Below are positions 49,701-63,253 of a DNA stretch of 64,000 bases, in pieces. Position numbers and translations under genes: made by a program. How positions within the stretch are numbered: position 1 is the first letter of the stretch; each line of letters starts with the position of its first letter. The DNA is taken from NCBI RefSeq assembly GCF_964355755.1, contig NC_092676.1, forward strand, positions 8,223,888-8,287,887. The letters run 5' to 3'. The notes beneath the pieces are model-generated. The model searched no databases, had not been told where the DNA came from, and worked only from the letters and a program-made list of their open reading frames with translations. The DNA is from Antedon mediterranea (lineage: Eukaryota > Animalia > Echinodermata).

Positions 49701-49801
49701 TTAACTGGAAATGTATACTTTTTAACTCACCATCAATTACACTATCTAATTTGTTTAATGTCATAATCAAAGTATTGAATTAAACCTTTGTATGATTCCA
49801 C
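46790..49801 (-). pseudogene. GRL101/LGR-type LRR-GPCR pseudogene, copy 2
   Basis: Phase 2-2 LRR exons 49439-49365 (FLQENGITTIEPGAFSSFASSLSRL) and 48927-48856 (DLDGNSLLYYEDKTFEQLTNLTHL). Hinge exon from 48127 (SSDCSRLCCLVGVIDYCQP). TM1-4 largely deleted; TM5-7 remnants at 46790-47250 are homologous to copy 1. Possible decayed signal-peptide and LRRNT exons at 49500-49801. Confidence 0.8.
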
Positions 49802-50353
49802 TGTAAAACTACGCCAATTAAAACATGGAGTTATTGATAGCGTTAATATTTTACAAAATTATTGGTGCTTGTTCAATATTTTATTAAGTTATTTTCTTTA
49901 TATTATTTATAATCAATCAAACTATAATAATTTATATTAGATGACTACATTTATTTTTTAATTTAATTGTTATTTGTATATGTTGTAAATTCAATATGCT
50001 AACCTATTTGCAAGAAAGAAAGTTTAATGAGTAAAATGTAAACAACAATGTACAATAGAAAGTAGCTATTTGATAATATAATAATAATATGTCAAATTTA
50101 GTTTTTTTATAGCAAATTCTATTTATGTTTTGTTATATTATCATCATTATGTTTTTAATATTATTATTAAAGATATATTGTCCCTCTGAAAAATATTCAG
50201 AGGGACAATTCAGATATTAATAATAAATAATTGATTGATTTTACTACTGCAAAGTGGTTTTAAAATGTTTACTGTATATATTGATTACAATATGAAATGA
50301 TAACATTTTAAAAACAAATTAAACAAGGAAATTAATATGATAAAGATACATAC

Positions 50354-50605
50354 AGGGATATCAGTGCTGTCAAACTATCAAATACATTGGCTGGTCAGGG
50401 AACATTTTCGCCAGTGTAGCATAGCAAAAAGGTATACAAAACAACCTTATTGCTACACATTTTGAAAATTGTGTAGCAAAAAATACTATACAAAACTATG
50501 TTTTCCGACTTAAAAATCAGTTTGATTAGCAATATTGCTAAACAAAATTTTTAAATGAAAATTTTCCCTGCTGGTAATGTACTTATTTGGTTATAGCCCA
50601 AATGC
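50354..50605 (-). pseudogene. LRR cassette exon A (HLGYNQISTLPANVFDSLTALISL), disrupted by a MITE
   Basis: ttttaag acceptor, gtatgt donor; exactly 72 nt after removing the 175-bp insert and its 5-bp TSD. Confidence 0.88.
50396..50570. mobile_element. 175-bp MITE inserted into LRR exon A
   Basis: TIR CAGGGAA(C/A)ATTTTC, TSD CTGGT (50391-50395, 50571-50575), confirmed against uninterrupted paralogous exons. Confidence 0.85.
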
Positions 50606-51911
50606 CTTAAAAGTAAAAACAATGTACAGTAACAATTACATGCAAGCTGTATACAACTTTTATGTTTTACTTTCAGCCAATGAGACATTCTACATAGTAA
50701 ATGCTGATGAGTATACTTTAATTAGTATAAATAAACTATGTTAAAATAAGTAAAGTATTATTCTCATTTAAACACAATTTGTATAACAAATTCTAAATAT
50801 TTGTTATTTTAATATATCTCTTTAAATGAAGACCAATTTTCAATTATTTATATCTTAAAAAAGTGCATAATTTATTGATAATTGTTAAATATTTTACTAA
50901 AGGTTAGAGTCCAAATACCTTCAAAGTAAAAACAATATACCTTCAATTCAACAATGTACATTAAAAATTACAGTTTTCAAGCTGTTTAGAATCTCAACTT
51001 TTATTTTTCATACACATTTTGAATTATTTGTATAGTCTTTCAGTCAATGATAGGGACATTATCTACATAGTAAATGCTATTGAGTATACTTTAATTAAGG
51101 CTAAAATAAACTGTTAAAATAAGAAAGTGTTATTCTCATGAATGAACTCAATTTGTATGACAAATTATTTGTTATCTTAATGTATTTAATATAATAATTA
51201 AATCCCTTTAAATGAAGACCCAATATTATCAATAATATATTTGTATATTGTATGTATTGATCACATTATCTACATAGTAAATGCTATTGAGTATACTTTA
51301 ATTAAGCAAAAATAAACTATGTTAAGATAATTAGAATGTGTTATTGAACATAATTTGTATAACAAATAATAATGATAATTAATGCATATAACCTAATCAT
51401 AAACATTTATTTTTCATATACACTTTGATTTTTGTTATAGTCTTTCAGGGACACGATCTAAATAGTAAATGCTTATGAGCTTACATTAATTAGGCAAAAA
51501 TAAACTGTTAAAATATGAAAAATGTTATTCTCATAAACACAATTTCTTAATGTATTTAATAATTTAATAGTTAAATCTTTTTAAATGAATGTTAAAATAA
51601 TAAAGTGTTATTTTCATGAACACCATTTCTATAGCAAATTCTAAATATTTGTTTTCATTTAAACATATTTATTATTGATATTAATTAAATCTCTTTAATT
51701 AATGACCAATTAACGCTTATTACATTATAAAATTATAAAATGCATAATGTTTATTTTTATAAATGATATTTGTATTTATTTTGAAAAAAAAATTAAACAT
51801 AGAAATAAATAATTGCAAAATACTTAGGCCTACAGCTTTGTCAGTGTTGTCAAACTATCAAATACATAAAATTAAAAAAATTAAAGAAATTGACATGTTC
51901 AAAATACTTAC

Positions 51912-51983
51912 AGGTATTTCAGTGCTGTCAATCTATCAAATACATTGGCTGGCAATGTACTTATTTGGTTACCATCCAAACTC
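51912..51983 (-). CDS. Intact 72-nt LRR cassette exon C (SLDGNQISTLPANVFDRLTALKYL)
   Basis: tttttacttttaag acceptor, gtaagt donor, phase 2-2, one 24-aa LRR. Expression unknown. Confidence 0.85.
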
Positions 51984-53645
51984 CTTAAAAGTAAAAACAA
52001 TGTACAGTAACAATTACATGCAAGCTGTATATAACTTTTATGTTTTACTTTCAGCCAATGAGACATTATCTACATAGTAAATGCTGATGAGTATACTTTA
52101 ATTAGTATAAATAAACTATGTTAAAATAAGTAAAGTATTATTCTCATTAACACAATTTGTATAACAAATTCTAAATATTTGTTATTTTAATATATCTCTT
52201 TAAATCTCTTTAAATCTCTTTGAAGACCAATTTTCAATTATTTATATCTTAAAAAATTGAATAATTTATTGATAATTGTTAAATATTTTACTAAAGGTTA
52301 GAGTCCAAATACCTTCAATTCAACAATGTTCATTAAAAATTACACCATTCAAGCTGTTCAGAATCTCAACTTTTATTTTTCATACACCTTTTGAATTATT
52401 TGTATAGTTAAAAGTGAATTTTCATTTTTATGGACAAATAAAATTTCTTGAATCTTATTGGTGCTGGTTCAATATTTTATTAATTTATTTTCTTTATATT
52501 ATTTATAATTAATCAAACTATAATAATTTATATTAGATGACTACATTTATTTTTTAATTTAATTGTTATTTTTATATGTTGTAAATTCAACAATGCTAAC
52601 CTATTTGCAAGAAAGAAAGTTTAATGAGTAAAATGTAAACAACAATGTACAATAGAAAGTAGCTATTTGATGTCAAATTTACTTTTTTATAGTAAATTCT
52701 ATTTATTTGTTATATTATCATCATAATGTTTTTAATTATTATAATTATATAGGTATTATAACTCTGGACAATTCAGATATTAATAATGAATAATTTATTG
52801 ATAATGTTAAACATTTTACTACTGCCAAGTGGTTTTAAAATGTATACTGTATATATTGATTACATTATGAAATGATAACATTTTAAAAACAAATTAAACA
52901 AGGAAATTAATATGAGAAAGATACTTACAGGGATATCAGTGCTGTCAAACTATCAAATACATAGTTTAGTTAAGAGATAGGGACATTATATAAATAGTAA
53001 ATGCTGATGATACTTTAATTAGGCAAAAATAAACTAATTATTATAATTAAAGGTATTGTAACCCTGGACAATTCAGATATTAATAATGAATAATTTATTG
53101 ATAATGTTAAACATTTTACTACTGCCAAGTGGTTTTAAAATGTATACTGTATATATTGATTACATTATGAAATGATAACATTTTAAAAACAAATTAAACA
53201 AGGAAATTAATATGAGAAAGATACTTACAGGGATATCAGTGCTGTCAAACTATCAAATACGTAGTTTAGTTAAGGGATAGGGACATTATATAAATATTAA
53301 ATGCTGATGATACTTTAATTAGGCAAAAATAAACTGTTAAATTAAGAAAATGTTATTCTCATTAATACAATTGTTTTAGCAAATTCGAAAAATTTGTTAT
53401 CTTCTTTATTAATAAAATAATAATTATATATCTTTAAATAATGACCAATTAACAATTAAAATCTTTAAAAAATGAATAATTAATATTGATGGTTAATATT
53501 TTATTAAACCTAAGTTTAAAACAAGTATATACTGTATGTATTGATCACATTATGAAATTATACAATTAGGCAGTAATATGAATTATTTTATTATGTATTT
53601 TTACAAAAAATTAAACAAAGAAATTGATATGAGCAAAATACTTAC

Positions 53646-53717
53646 AGCCATGCCAGTGCTGTCAAACTATCAAATACATTGGCTGGTAATGTACTTATTT
53701 GGTTACCACCCAAACTC
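53646..53717 (-). CDS. Intact 72-nt LRR cassette exon F (SLGGNQISTLPANVFDSLTALAWL)
   Basis: Same splice signals, phase 2-2, open frame. Confidence 0.85.
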
Positions 53718-54912
53718 CTTAAAAGTAAAAACAATGTACAGTAACAATTACAATATGCAAGCTGTATATAACTTTTATGTTTTACTTTCAGCCAATGAGA
53801 CATTATCTAAATAGTAAATGCTGATGAGTATACTTTAATTAGTATAAATAAACTATGTTAAAATTAGTAAAGTGTTATTCTCAATATCTTAAAAAATTGC
53901 ATAATTTATTGATAATTGTTAAATATTTTACTAAAGGTCCAAATACCTTCAATTCAACAATGTACATAAAAAATTACAGTATTCAAGCTGTTCAGAATCT
54001 CAACTTTTATTTTTCATACACATTTTGAATTATTTGTATAGTCTTTCAGTCAATGATAGGGACATTATCTACATAGTAAATGCTATTGAGTATACTTTAT
54101 TAAGGCTAAAATAAACTGTTAAATTAAGAAAATGTTATTCTCATGAATGAACACAATTTGTATGACAAATTATTTGTTATCTTAATGTATTAATATAATA
54201 ATTAAATCCCTTTAAATGAAGACCCATTATCAATAATATCTTTGTATATTGTATATATTGATCACATTATCTACATAGTAAATGCTATTGAGTATACTTT
54301 AATTAAGCAAAAATAAACTATATTAAAATAATTAGAATGTGTTATTGAACATAATATGTATAAAAAATAATAATGACAATTAATGCATATAACCTAATCA
54401 TAAACATTTATTTTTCATATACATTTTGATTTTTTTTATAGTCTTTCAGGGACACTATCTAAATAGTAAATGCTGATGAGCTTACATTAATTAGGCAAAA
54501 ATAAACTGTTAAAATATGAAAAATGTTATTCTCATAAACACAATTTCTTAATGTATTTAATAATTTAATAGTTAAATCTTTTTAAATGAATGTTAAAATA
54601 ATAAAGTGTTATTTTCATGAACACCATTTCTATAGCAAATTCTAAATATTTGTTTTCATTTAAATGTATTTATTATTGATATTAATTAAATCTCTTTAAT
54701 TAATGACCAATTAACGCTTATTACATTATAAAATTATAAAATGCATAATGTTTATTTTTATAAATGATATTTGTATTTATTTTGAAAAAAAAATTAAACA
54801 TAGAAATAAATAGTTGCAAAATACTTAGGCCTACAGCTTTGTCAGTGTTGTCAAACTATCAAATACGTAAAATTAAAAAAATTAAAGAAATTGACATGTT
54901 CAAAATACTTAC

Positions 54913-54984
54913 AGGTATGTCAGTGCTGTCAATCTATCAAATACATTGGCTGGCAATGTACTTATTTGGTTACCACCCAAATCC
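54913..54984 (-). CDS. Intact 72-nt LRR cassette exon H (DLGGNQISTLPANVFDRLTALTYL)
   Basis: Same splice signals, phase 2-2, open frame. Confidence 0.85.
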
Positions 54985-55123
54985 CTTAAAAGTAAAAACA
55001 ATGTACAGTAACAATTACAATATACAAGCTGTATACAACTTTGTTTTACTTTTAGCCAATGAGACATTATCTACATAGTAAATGCTGATGAGTATACTTT
55101 AATTAGTATAAATAAACTATGTT

Positions 55124-55685
55124 TAAGGGCCCATATATTTACCTACCGTATGTGTTAAACCAAGGGCTCATAAATTTACCTACAGTACTTGTGTTAAACC
55201 AAACTCTGGCAGACTGAGAGATTGGGATGTTTCATTCATCGCAAATCAATAGATTTGTATAATCGTATATTAAATCTATCAAAATAGTATTTTTTAAAGA
55301 AAATCGGCCTGTCTTCAACATTATGATGGTGTACTCTAGCTGTTCAACCGGTTTTCAGCTATTAAAAACAATTATCGTAGGAGGAGATAGGAAAATGCGA
55401 AGCCTCCTCGCATTTTTGTGGCGGGTATTTTTCAAGATGGACCATCCATTAGACAGTGTATACCAGGGTCGGAAAACACCCCTATTTGGGGCAAATCGTT
55501 GAACCTAAATTCGTTTTAATCGTCAATAACTAATTATCTAACTTAATTTAATTAGTAAATAGGGTTACATCAGGTGGTTAAAATCGGTACCGAAAGTACG
55601 AACCAACTTTATATACCATCGAGTAAAAATTATAGAAGTAAGGCGCGATTTACCGAATTTTGCCCTTACGTAAATTTATATATAG
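55124..55685. mobile_element. Unclassified ~560-bp insertion in the array
   Basis: Absent from paralogous monomers and flanked by a duplicated ATAAACTATGTT (12 bp). Confidence 0.6.
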
Positions 55686-56257
55686 ATAAACTATGTTAAA
55701 ATAAGTAAAGTATTATTCTCATTAACACAATTTGTATAACAAATTCTAAATATTTGTTATTTTAATATATCTCTTTAAATCTCTTTGAAGACCAATTTTC
55801 AATTATTTATATCTTAAAAAATTGAATAATTTATTGATAATTGTTAAATATTTTACTAAAGGTTAGAGTCCAAATACCTTCAATTCAACAATGTACATTA
55901 AAAATTACACCATTCAAGCTGTTCAGAATCTCAACTTTTATTTTTCATACACCTTTTGAATTATTTGTATAGTTAAAAGTGAATTTTCATTTTTATGGAC
56001 AAATAAAATTTCTTGAATCTTGAATCTTGAATCTTATTGGTGCTGGTTCAATTTTCTTTATATTATTTATAATTAATCAAACTATAATAATTTATATTAG
56101 ATGACTACATTTTTTTAAAATTTAACTGTTATTTGTATATGTTGCAAGAAAGAAAGTTTAATGAGTAAAATGTAAACAACAATGTACAATAGAAAGTAGC
56201 TATTTGATGTCAAATTTACTTTTTTATAGCAAATTCTATTTATTTGTTATATTATCA

Positions 56258-56326
56258 GGCCTAAAAAAAAAAATTGTTTGTTTGCTGTTAAGTTTTTTTT
56301 TTTGGTAGGGGGGGCGGGTGGAAAAA

Positions 56327-56360
<34 letters not shown>

Positions 56361-57558
56361 GTTAATTTCTCTGTTATTTGCTCGCGAATTTGAGAGTAAC
56401 AAAACACACTGAATAAAACTACGAGCTCAAACATCTATTCATAATTTGTTTCACATTTTAATTCTGTTTTGGGCGCGTTAGGCCCCGTGTCTAAACTAGC
56501 CTAGGCTAGTCCTACTACTACACAGTAGGTCGTTGTTAGCAGGCCTCTAATTAAAAGAAGTTAGTTAGAAGTTAGTGTACCGTATATTTCGGTGTATAAG
56601 TCGCACCTGTGTATAATAAGACGCACCCGACCCCTAACTGAGAGTAAAATATCGGTATTTTGTATATCGTCGATGTATAAGACGGCCGCGCCCAGCCTCA
56701 ACAAGAAGGGAAGTCCCCCATTCCGTCAGTTCTTTCTAACTTGTTATGAATGAGTTTCGCACCCGCAACATCGAGTGCATGACCGCACGTGTGTGTGGGC
56801 TAGCCTCGCTCGATCCTTTTATCGAGAGGCGCACGTTTTCACGGACAATCGTATTCGATTAGTATCTATGTATCCTAGAAGTGTACTGTGTACGCTAGGT
56901 CTATGCTATAATCAACTGGAGAATATACTAGTCGAATACTGTGTACACAATGTGGTTGCCAAGAAGGGCTCGCTCGCGCTGGGGGTACGACGGTCGTGCG
57001 TATAACTATAATACTATTCCAATATCGTAAACGTCGTTTTCAAATGAAATTTTATCGGAGCGCCTAAAACAGCTCCATAATGAACAAATCTTTTCATCAT
57101 ATTTAGTACAAAATCACGCTAAAATGCCTTGAAAACTAGCAGGTTGCTGTTACGCTAGTACACTGTAGCTAGGCTAGGCCTACTCTTTAGACTTTATTAA
57201 TACTAATAGGCCTATCTAGGCCTTACCTTAAAAAGCCCAGGCCTAGCCAACGAGGTGGCGATATCTGTGTTGAGGCATTTATGTTCGGTGTATAAGACGC
57301 ACCCTTAATTTAGAGGTTAAATTTGCGTGTCAAAAGTGCGATTATACACCGAAATATACGCTACGTTATTATTTTTATTGTTTCATCCTCGCACACTCGA
57401 TTTTTACACCTTTTCGGCCCAAAAAAATCATTAAAAAAACTTTTTTTTTTAAAGCGCCCTCAACGTAAAAAAAAAACTTTTTCTTATTTCCGCCCCAAAT
57501 TTTTGGCGAAATTAGGGGCGGCGGATGACAGCAAACAAACTATTTTTTTTTTTTGGCC
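56258..57558. mobile_element. PIF/Harbinger-like non-autonomous element containing a nested pogo-type MITE
   Basis: TIR GGCC-A-run-GTTTGTTTGCTGT, 3-bp TSD TCA confirmed against the empty site TATTATCATCATAATG at ~52711. Confidence 0.8.
56580..57361. mobile_element. Tc1/mariner-pogo superfamily MITE, second copy
   Basis: Same TIR and body as 40763-41571, TA flanks. Confidence 0.88.
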
Positions 57559-59103
57559 TCATCATAATGTTTTTAATATTATATTATAATTAAAGGTATA
57601 TTGTACCTCTGGATAATTCAGATATTAATAATGAATAATGTATTGATAATGTTAAACATTTTACTAATGCCAGGTGGTTTTAAAATGTATACTGTATATA
57701 TTGATTACATTATGAAATGATGGTTACCCCACAAATACCTTTAAAATGAAAACAATGTACAGTAGCAATTACATGCAAGCTGTATATAACTTTTATGTTT
57801 TACTTTCACAGCCAATGAGACATTATCTACATAGTAAATGCTGATGAGTATACTTTAATTCGTATAAATAAACTATGTTAAAATAAGTAAAGTATAATTC
57901 TCATTAACACAATTTGTATAACAAATTCTAAATATTTGTTATTTTAATATATCTCTTTAAATCTCTTTAAATGAAGACCAATTTTCAATTATTTATATCT
58001 TAAAAAATTGAATAATTTATTGATAATTGTTAAATATTTTACTAAAGATTAGAATCCAAATACCTTCAAAATAAAAATGTACATTAAAAATTACACCATT
58101 CAAGCTGTTTAGAATCTCAACTTTTATTTTTCATACACATTTTGAATTATTTGTATAGTCTTTCAGTCAATGATAGGAACATTATCTACATAGTAAATGC
58201 TATTTAGTATACTTTATTAAGGCTAAAATAAACTGTTAAATTAAGAAAATGTTATTCTCATGAATGAACACAATTTGTATGACAAATTATTTGTTATCTT
58301 AATGTATTTGATATAATAATTAAATTCCTTTAAATGAAGACCCAATATTATCAATAATATATTTGTATATAGTATGTATTGATCACATTATCTACATAGT
58401 AAATGCTATTGAGTATACTTTAATTAAGGCAAAAATAAACTGTTAAAATAATTAGAATGTGTTATTGAACATAATTTGTATAACAAATAATAATAATGCA
58501 TATAACCTAATCATAAACATTTATTTTTCATATACATTTTGATTTTTTTTATAGTCTTTCAGGGACACGATCTAAATAGTAAATGCTGATGAGCTTACAT
58601 TAATTAGGCAAAAATAAACTGTTAAAATATGAAAAATGTTATTCTCATAAACACAATTTCTTAATGTATTTAATAATTTAATAGTTAAATCTTTTTAAAT
58701 GAATGTTAAAATAATAAAGTGTTATTCTCATGAACACCATTTCTATAGCAAATTCTAAATATTTGTATTCATTTGAACGTATTTAATAATTATATTAATT
58801 AAATCTCTTTAATTAATGACCAATTAACACTTATTACATTATGAAATGATAAAATGCATAATGTTCAAAATTATATTTTTATTTATAAAAAAAAAAAAAT
58901 TAAACATAGAAATAAATAATTGCAAAATACTTAGGCCTACAGCTTTGTCAGTGTTGAAAAACTATCAAATACCATGGGCTGGCAATGCACTTTTTTTATG
59001 TTCATACAGGAATAACAGTGATATAGTAGTTGGGGTTAAGGTATAGAAAGTGTTAAAATGAGAAAGGGTCATAAGCAAATTGTAAATATTTGTTACATAT
59101 TAA

Positions 59104-62100
59104 GAGCCATTGTCTGTAAAAATCAAAGATTTGGTGGCAGATGTAAAAAAATGGATTTCTCTCAAATTTTTACCATGAATAGACATTTCAATAAAAAGCA
59201 TATCTACAACATTCATTTTAATTTTTAGCCTCCGTTGCCATGACAACGGTCAATTATCCAAATTTTGATGTTTTTGCCATTTTTCACAGATTTTCTATAG
59301 TGAAAAAGTACAAACTTGTATACTTATTTTAACCAAAAATACTTACAGTATACAGTTTTTGTTTATAGCAGTGTAAACAACATGTATTGAGTTCCATTTA
59401 ATGTAGAAAAAAAATAAATTACAAAATGGAGTTTGGTTGATACCATTATTTCAAAAAGGTGTGTTTTTGAAAAATATTTTTTTTATAAAAGTATACCTCA
59501 TAAACGTACCTATAACTTCCAAAGTGGTGTTTTTAAATCAATGAGGTTTTTTAATTTGATAGTCAATAGGTTTGTCAACAATAATCACAAAAAAAATACT
59601 GGGGTAAATTTTGTACATAGGTTTTGTGTTGCCAGGAAAATACAAAAAATACAAAAAATATAACAAAATATCAACAAACAAAACACATGAAACACAATTT
59701 AAATATGGCTAATCCAATAATAAAATGTATATGTGGCTTGTCATAATGCAACTAGAGTCATACGAATAGTTTAGATAAAATAGGAGAATGTGTTGCCAGG
59801 TTTATTTCAATTAATTGCCAGAAAAACAGTATTTTGCATTGAAATATTTAGTTGATGGAAAACAATGTTAAACTTGGAAATAATTGCGTCAATGGTTTTT
59901 ATAAATTTTTAAATCTATTTTGTGTAAAGAGATACAGAAAGACCTCCCAAAAATCTGACCTTGTAAATAGGTCATTTGAGGTCAAAAGGGGTCAGAATGC
60001 AAAACAGGACAGGTCCCCACTTTACTACAACTACAGTATTAATGTTTGATCAAAATTTACAAGATAGTTCATAACAATTTTCATAATTTACCTACAGTGT
60101 TACCTTAGCAACCATTTCTATGTGTAACTAAGGAAAGTAATTTTTTTTTAAACGTAAAAAATGGCGTTTTTATAAATACAAAGAATTGATTGCATTTGTA
60201 ATTTTTCTCAATTTTACTTCTACTGCATTCCATTAATGACAAACTTGACCTTGTAAATTCATTCATTTTGAGGTCAACATTTTACCATAGTAACTGTTTC
60301 TATGCGAAAATTTCAAAAAAATAAGGCGTTTTTCATAAATACAAAACATTTTTTCTACATAGTTTTACGTTTCTACTTTTTGCCAAATTTACTTTAAATA
60401 CTGAATCCTAATAATCTCAGAAAGAAAGTCTTGACGAATCTGAATAAAGGTTAAAAAAAATGACCTTTAGTGTTATCTTAAACCTGTTTATGTAACAAAT
60501 GATATTAAAAAAAAAAAAATTAAATATGGAGTTTCATGAAAAAAAAAAAATTACATATTGAGGTCAAATGACATCAACATTTTACCTATAGTGTATTGTA
60601 GCAACTGTTTCTATACGTAACTAAGTACAATATTTTTAATATGGGGTTTCATGACTACAAACAATTGATTACATAGCTTTACTACCTTTTCCCAAATTTA
60701 CTTATCTACTGTGAATCCCAGAAAATGTCTGACCTTGTGAAAGGGTCATTTGTTGGGTCAAGTTATGTCAAAATGTATTATTTATGTTATCTTAGAACCT
60801 GTTTCTATGCATAACTAAGGATAATTGTTTTTTTAAATACAATTGAACCTCCCGTAAGTGACCTGGAAAAGTGGCGGCTTACGGGCGGTGACCCCTTACG
60901 GGAGGTTCTGCCGGTAAAGGGCCAAAATCACTTATTATGGCTATATACGATATTCTTAACGAAACGAGCCTCTCAATTTTCCAGCTAATTGTAGGCCTAT
61001 TATTATTTATAATCAGGTGGTTTAGTATTTTTTAGCATTTTCAGACAAATTAAAAAAAATGTTATCATATGAAAAATGGTCGGTCGAAATCTGTGTAGTT
61101 TTCTCATCTCTTCATAGTAATGTTTTTAAAACCTCTTCAAAATAAAGCTAATATATAAAGAAATACAATAAACATGCACCTCTAATTCATAAGTCCATGC
61201 AATAAGTATCACTTTTTCGATTGGCCGCTTACAAAAAATCTCATTTTTAGTATAAAAAGGTGCCCGCAGCTGCTTACGGTAAGCACCAAATGCACTAATT
61301 AGATAGGAAGAACAAACAGGCTTTTCAAAGTGCGTCCATTAAGGGAGGTGGCCGCTGTAAATAAAATATGGGGTTTTCATGAATAAAAATAATCACAGAA
61401 GAAAGTGCTTACGAATATGACCTTGTGAAACGGTAATTTGAAAATGCAAATAAGGCATGCCTGCTAATAATCTACAAATTTAAATTTGTATGAGATAAAT
61501 ATGCAAAATCTAAAGAATATCTCATTTTTAGTTACCATAGTAACTGTTGCTATGCATAACTAAGGGAAATTTAATAATTATCAGATAATTATTAATTAAT
61601 AATTAATACTGAATCAAACCATCACAGTAAAAAAAATATAGAATTTAAAACCAATATTTAATAATAAAGTGTGATATTTTACATGCTGACCTTAAATGAA
61701 ATGAAATTTCAAACCAGGGCTTCAATATTTGTTATGTAGCATTAACATACCTGAGTATATCATTGACTTTTGATTGGCTCTATTTTGGGGAGGGGAAAGT
61801 GGTGGATCCAGGACTTTTAAATAGTTAGGGGGTTGAAGGCGAGGGTCTAAAAACTTAACTTTATGTCCTATCTTTTGCATTGCAATTTTTAACTTGGGTT
61901 GGGTGGGGGCTTGGAGAAAGGGGAGGGGGTGGGATGGAGGTGTTTGAATCCGTTTATTCATTGGGGCGATAGTAGCGGCAGTGTGGGTGGTGCTTGAATG
62001 CATGCATTTGACACTCTATAGTGGATGATCGACCAAAGTGTTGCAGTTTATCTTTCTGTGGTTATAGTCGGGATGGGGGGGGGGAGGGAGGGGTGGTAGT

Positions 62101-62992
62101 TGAAAGTGGTGGTGGATGGGCATGTGGGATCTGCTTAGGTTAGCAAATAAAAGAAGTAAACAAATGAAAGAGGAGCTTCAAAATAAGAGAGGAGTAATCT
62201 GTTGCAAAGACTAAAATTCACAACGATCTGATAATTTATTCAAATTTCCAGAGGATATAACCTATAAAATGACATTAAAACTGGAAATTACAGAATCTAT
62301 AATTAAAAATTAATTTTTTTTCTCACAACACAACTAGAACTATATAAAACATTAAGAATTTTTCTGACCAATGAGTTTCAAATCAAATAATCAAAGAAAA
62401 TAAAATGTTTTTACTAATATACCATGTTTTTTTTAATAAAAATGCCTATGTTTCTCGCAACACTGCTTGTAGATTTTAAATTTACCCCAGTATTTTATTT
62501 TAGAAATCAATTATTAAACATTAGAACTACCTATTTGTAATAAATCAGCTAATAAAATACACCACTTTGGGCGTTATGGTGAAGTAAAGTTTAGTTGCAT
62601 TGAACAATTAAAAAAAAGTGAAAAACACCCCTTTTTAAATAAATGGTATCTCCCAAAGTATGAAATAAAAAAAAATAAAAAAATTTGAAACAGGTACACA
62701 ATGCATTGTTATTATGCATACACTAATTATTTTTTATAATTAAATGAACATCACAAAAATATCGTTCATCAAAGTAGTACCAATATCCATTTTTAAAAAC
62801 CTTAAAAAAGGACAAAATTTGTCAAAAACACAAATTTTGCCGTTGCCATGGAAATATACGTGTGAAATAAAGAATACTTCATATTTGATTTCTCTCAACA
62901 CATATATAGCCATGTGCAAAATTTGAAAGAAATCCATTTTTTGAGTCTGCCACTCTTTTTGATATTTCTTTGATTCTTACAGACAATGGCTC
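59104..62992. mobile_element. 3.9-kb non-autonomous Kolobok-type DNA transposon
   Basis: TIR GAGCCATTGTCTGTAA(A/G)AATCAAAGA with extended subterminal similarity, TTAA TSD (59100-59103, 62993-62996), no transposase ORF. Confidence 0.82.
60840..61357. mobile_element. Tigger/pogo-like MITE remnant nested in the Kolobok-type element
   Basis: TA|CAATTGAACCTCCCGTAAG ... GGGAGGTGGCCGCTG|TA with GGCCGCTTACG subterminal motifs. Confidence 0.6.
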
Positions 62993-63253
62993 TTAAGTAT
63001 TTAATAATAATAATTAAATTTCTTTAAATGAAGACCAATTTTCAATTATTTTTATCTTTCAAAATTGAATAATTTATTGATAATTGTTAAATATTTTACT
63101 AATGCTAAGTGATTTTTAAAATATATACTGTATACTGTATGTTGATTAGATTATGAAATGATACAATGCATAATATGCATTGTTATCAATTATTTTATTA
63201 TCAATTTAAAAAAAAAAATTAAACAAAAAAATTGATGTGATCAAAATACTTAC

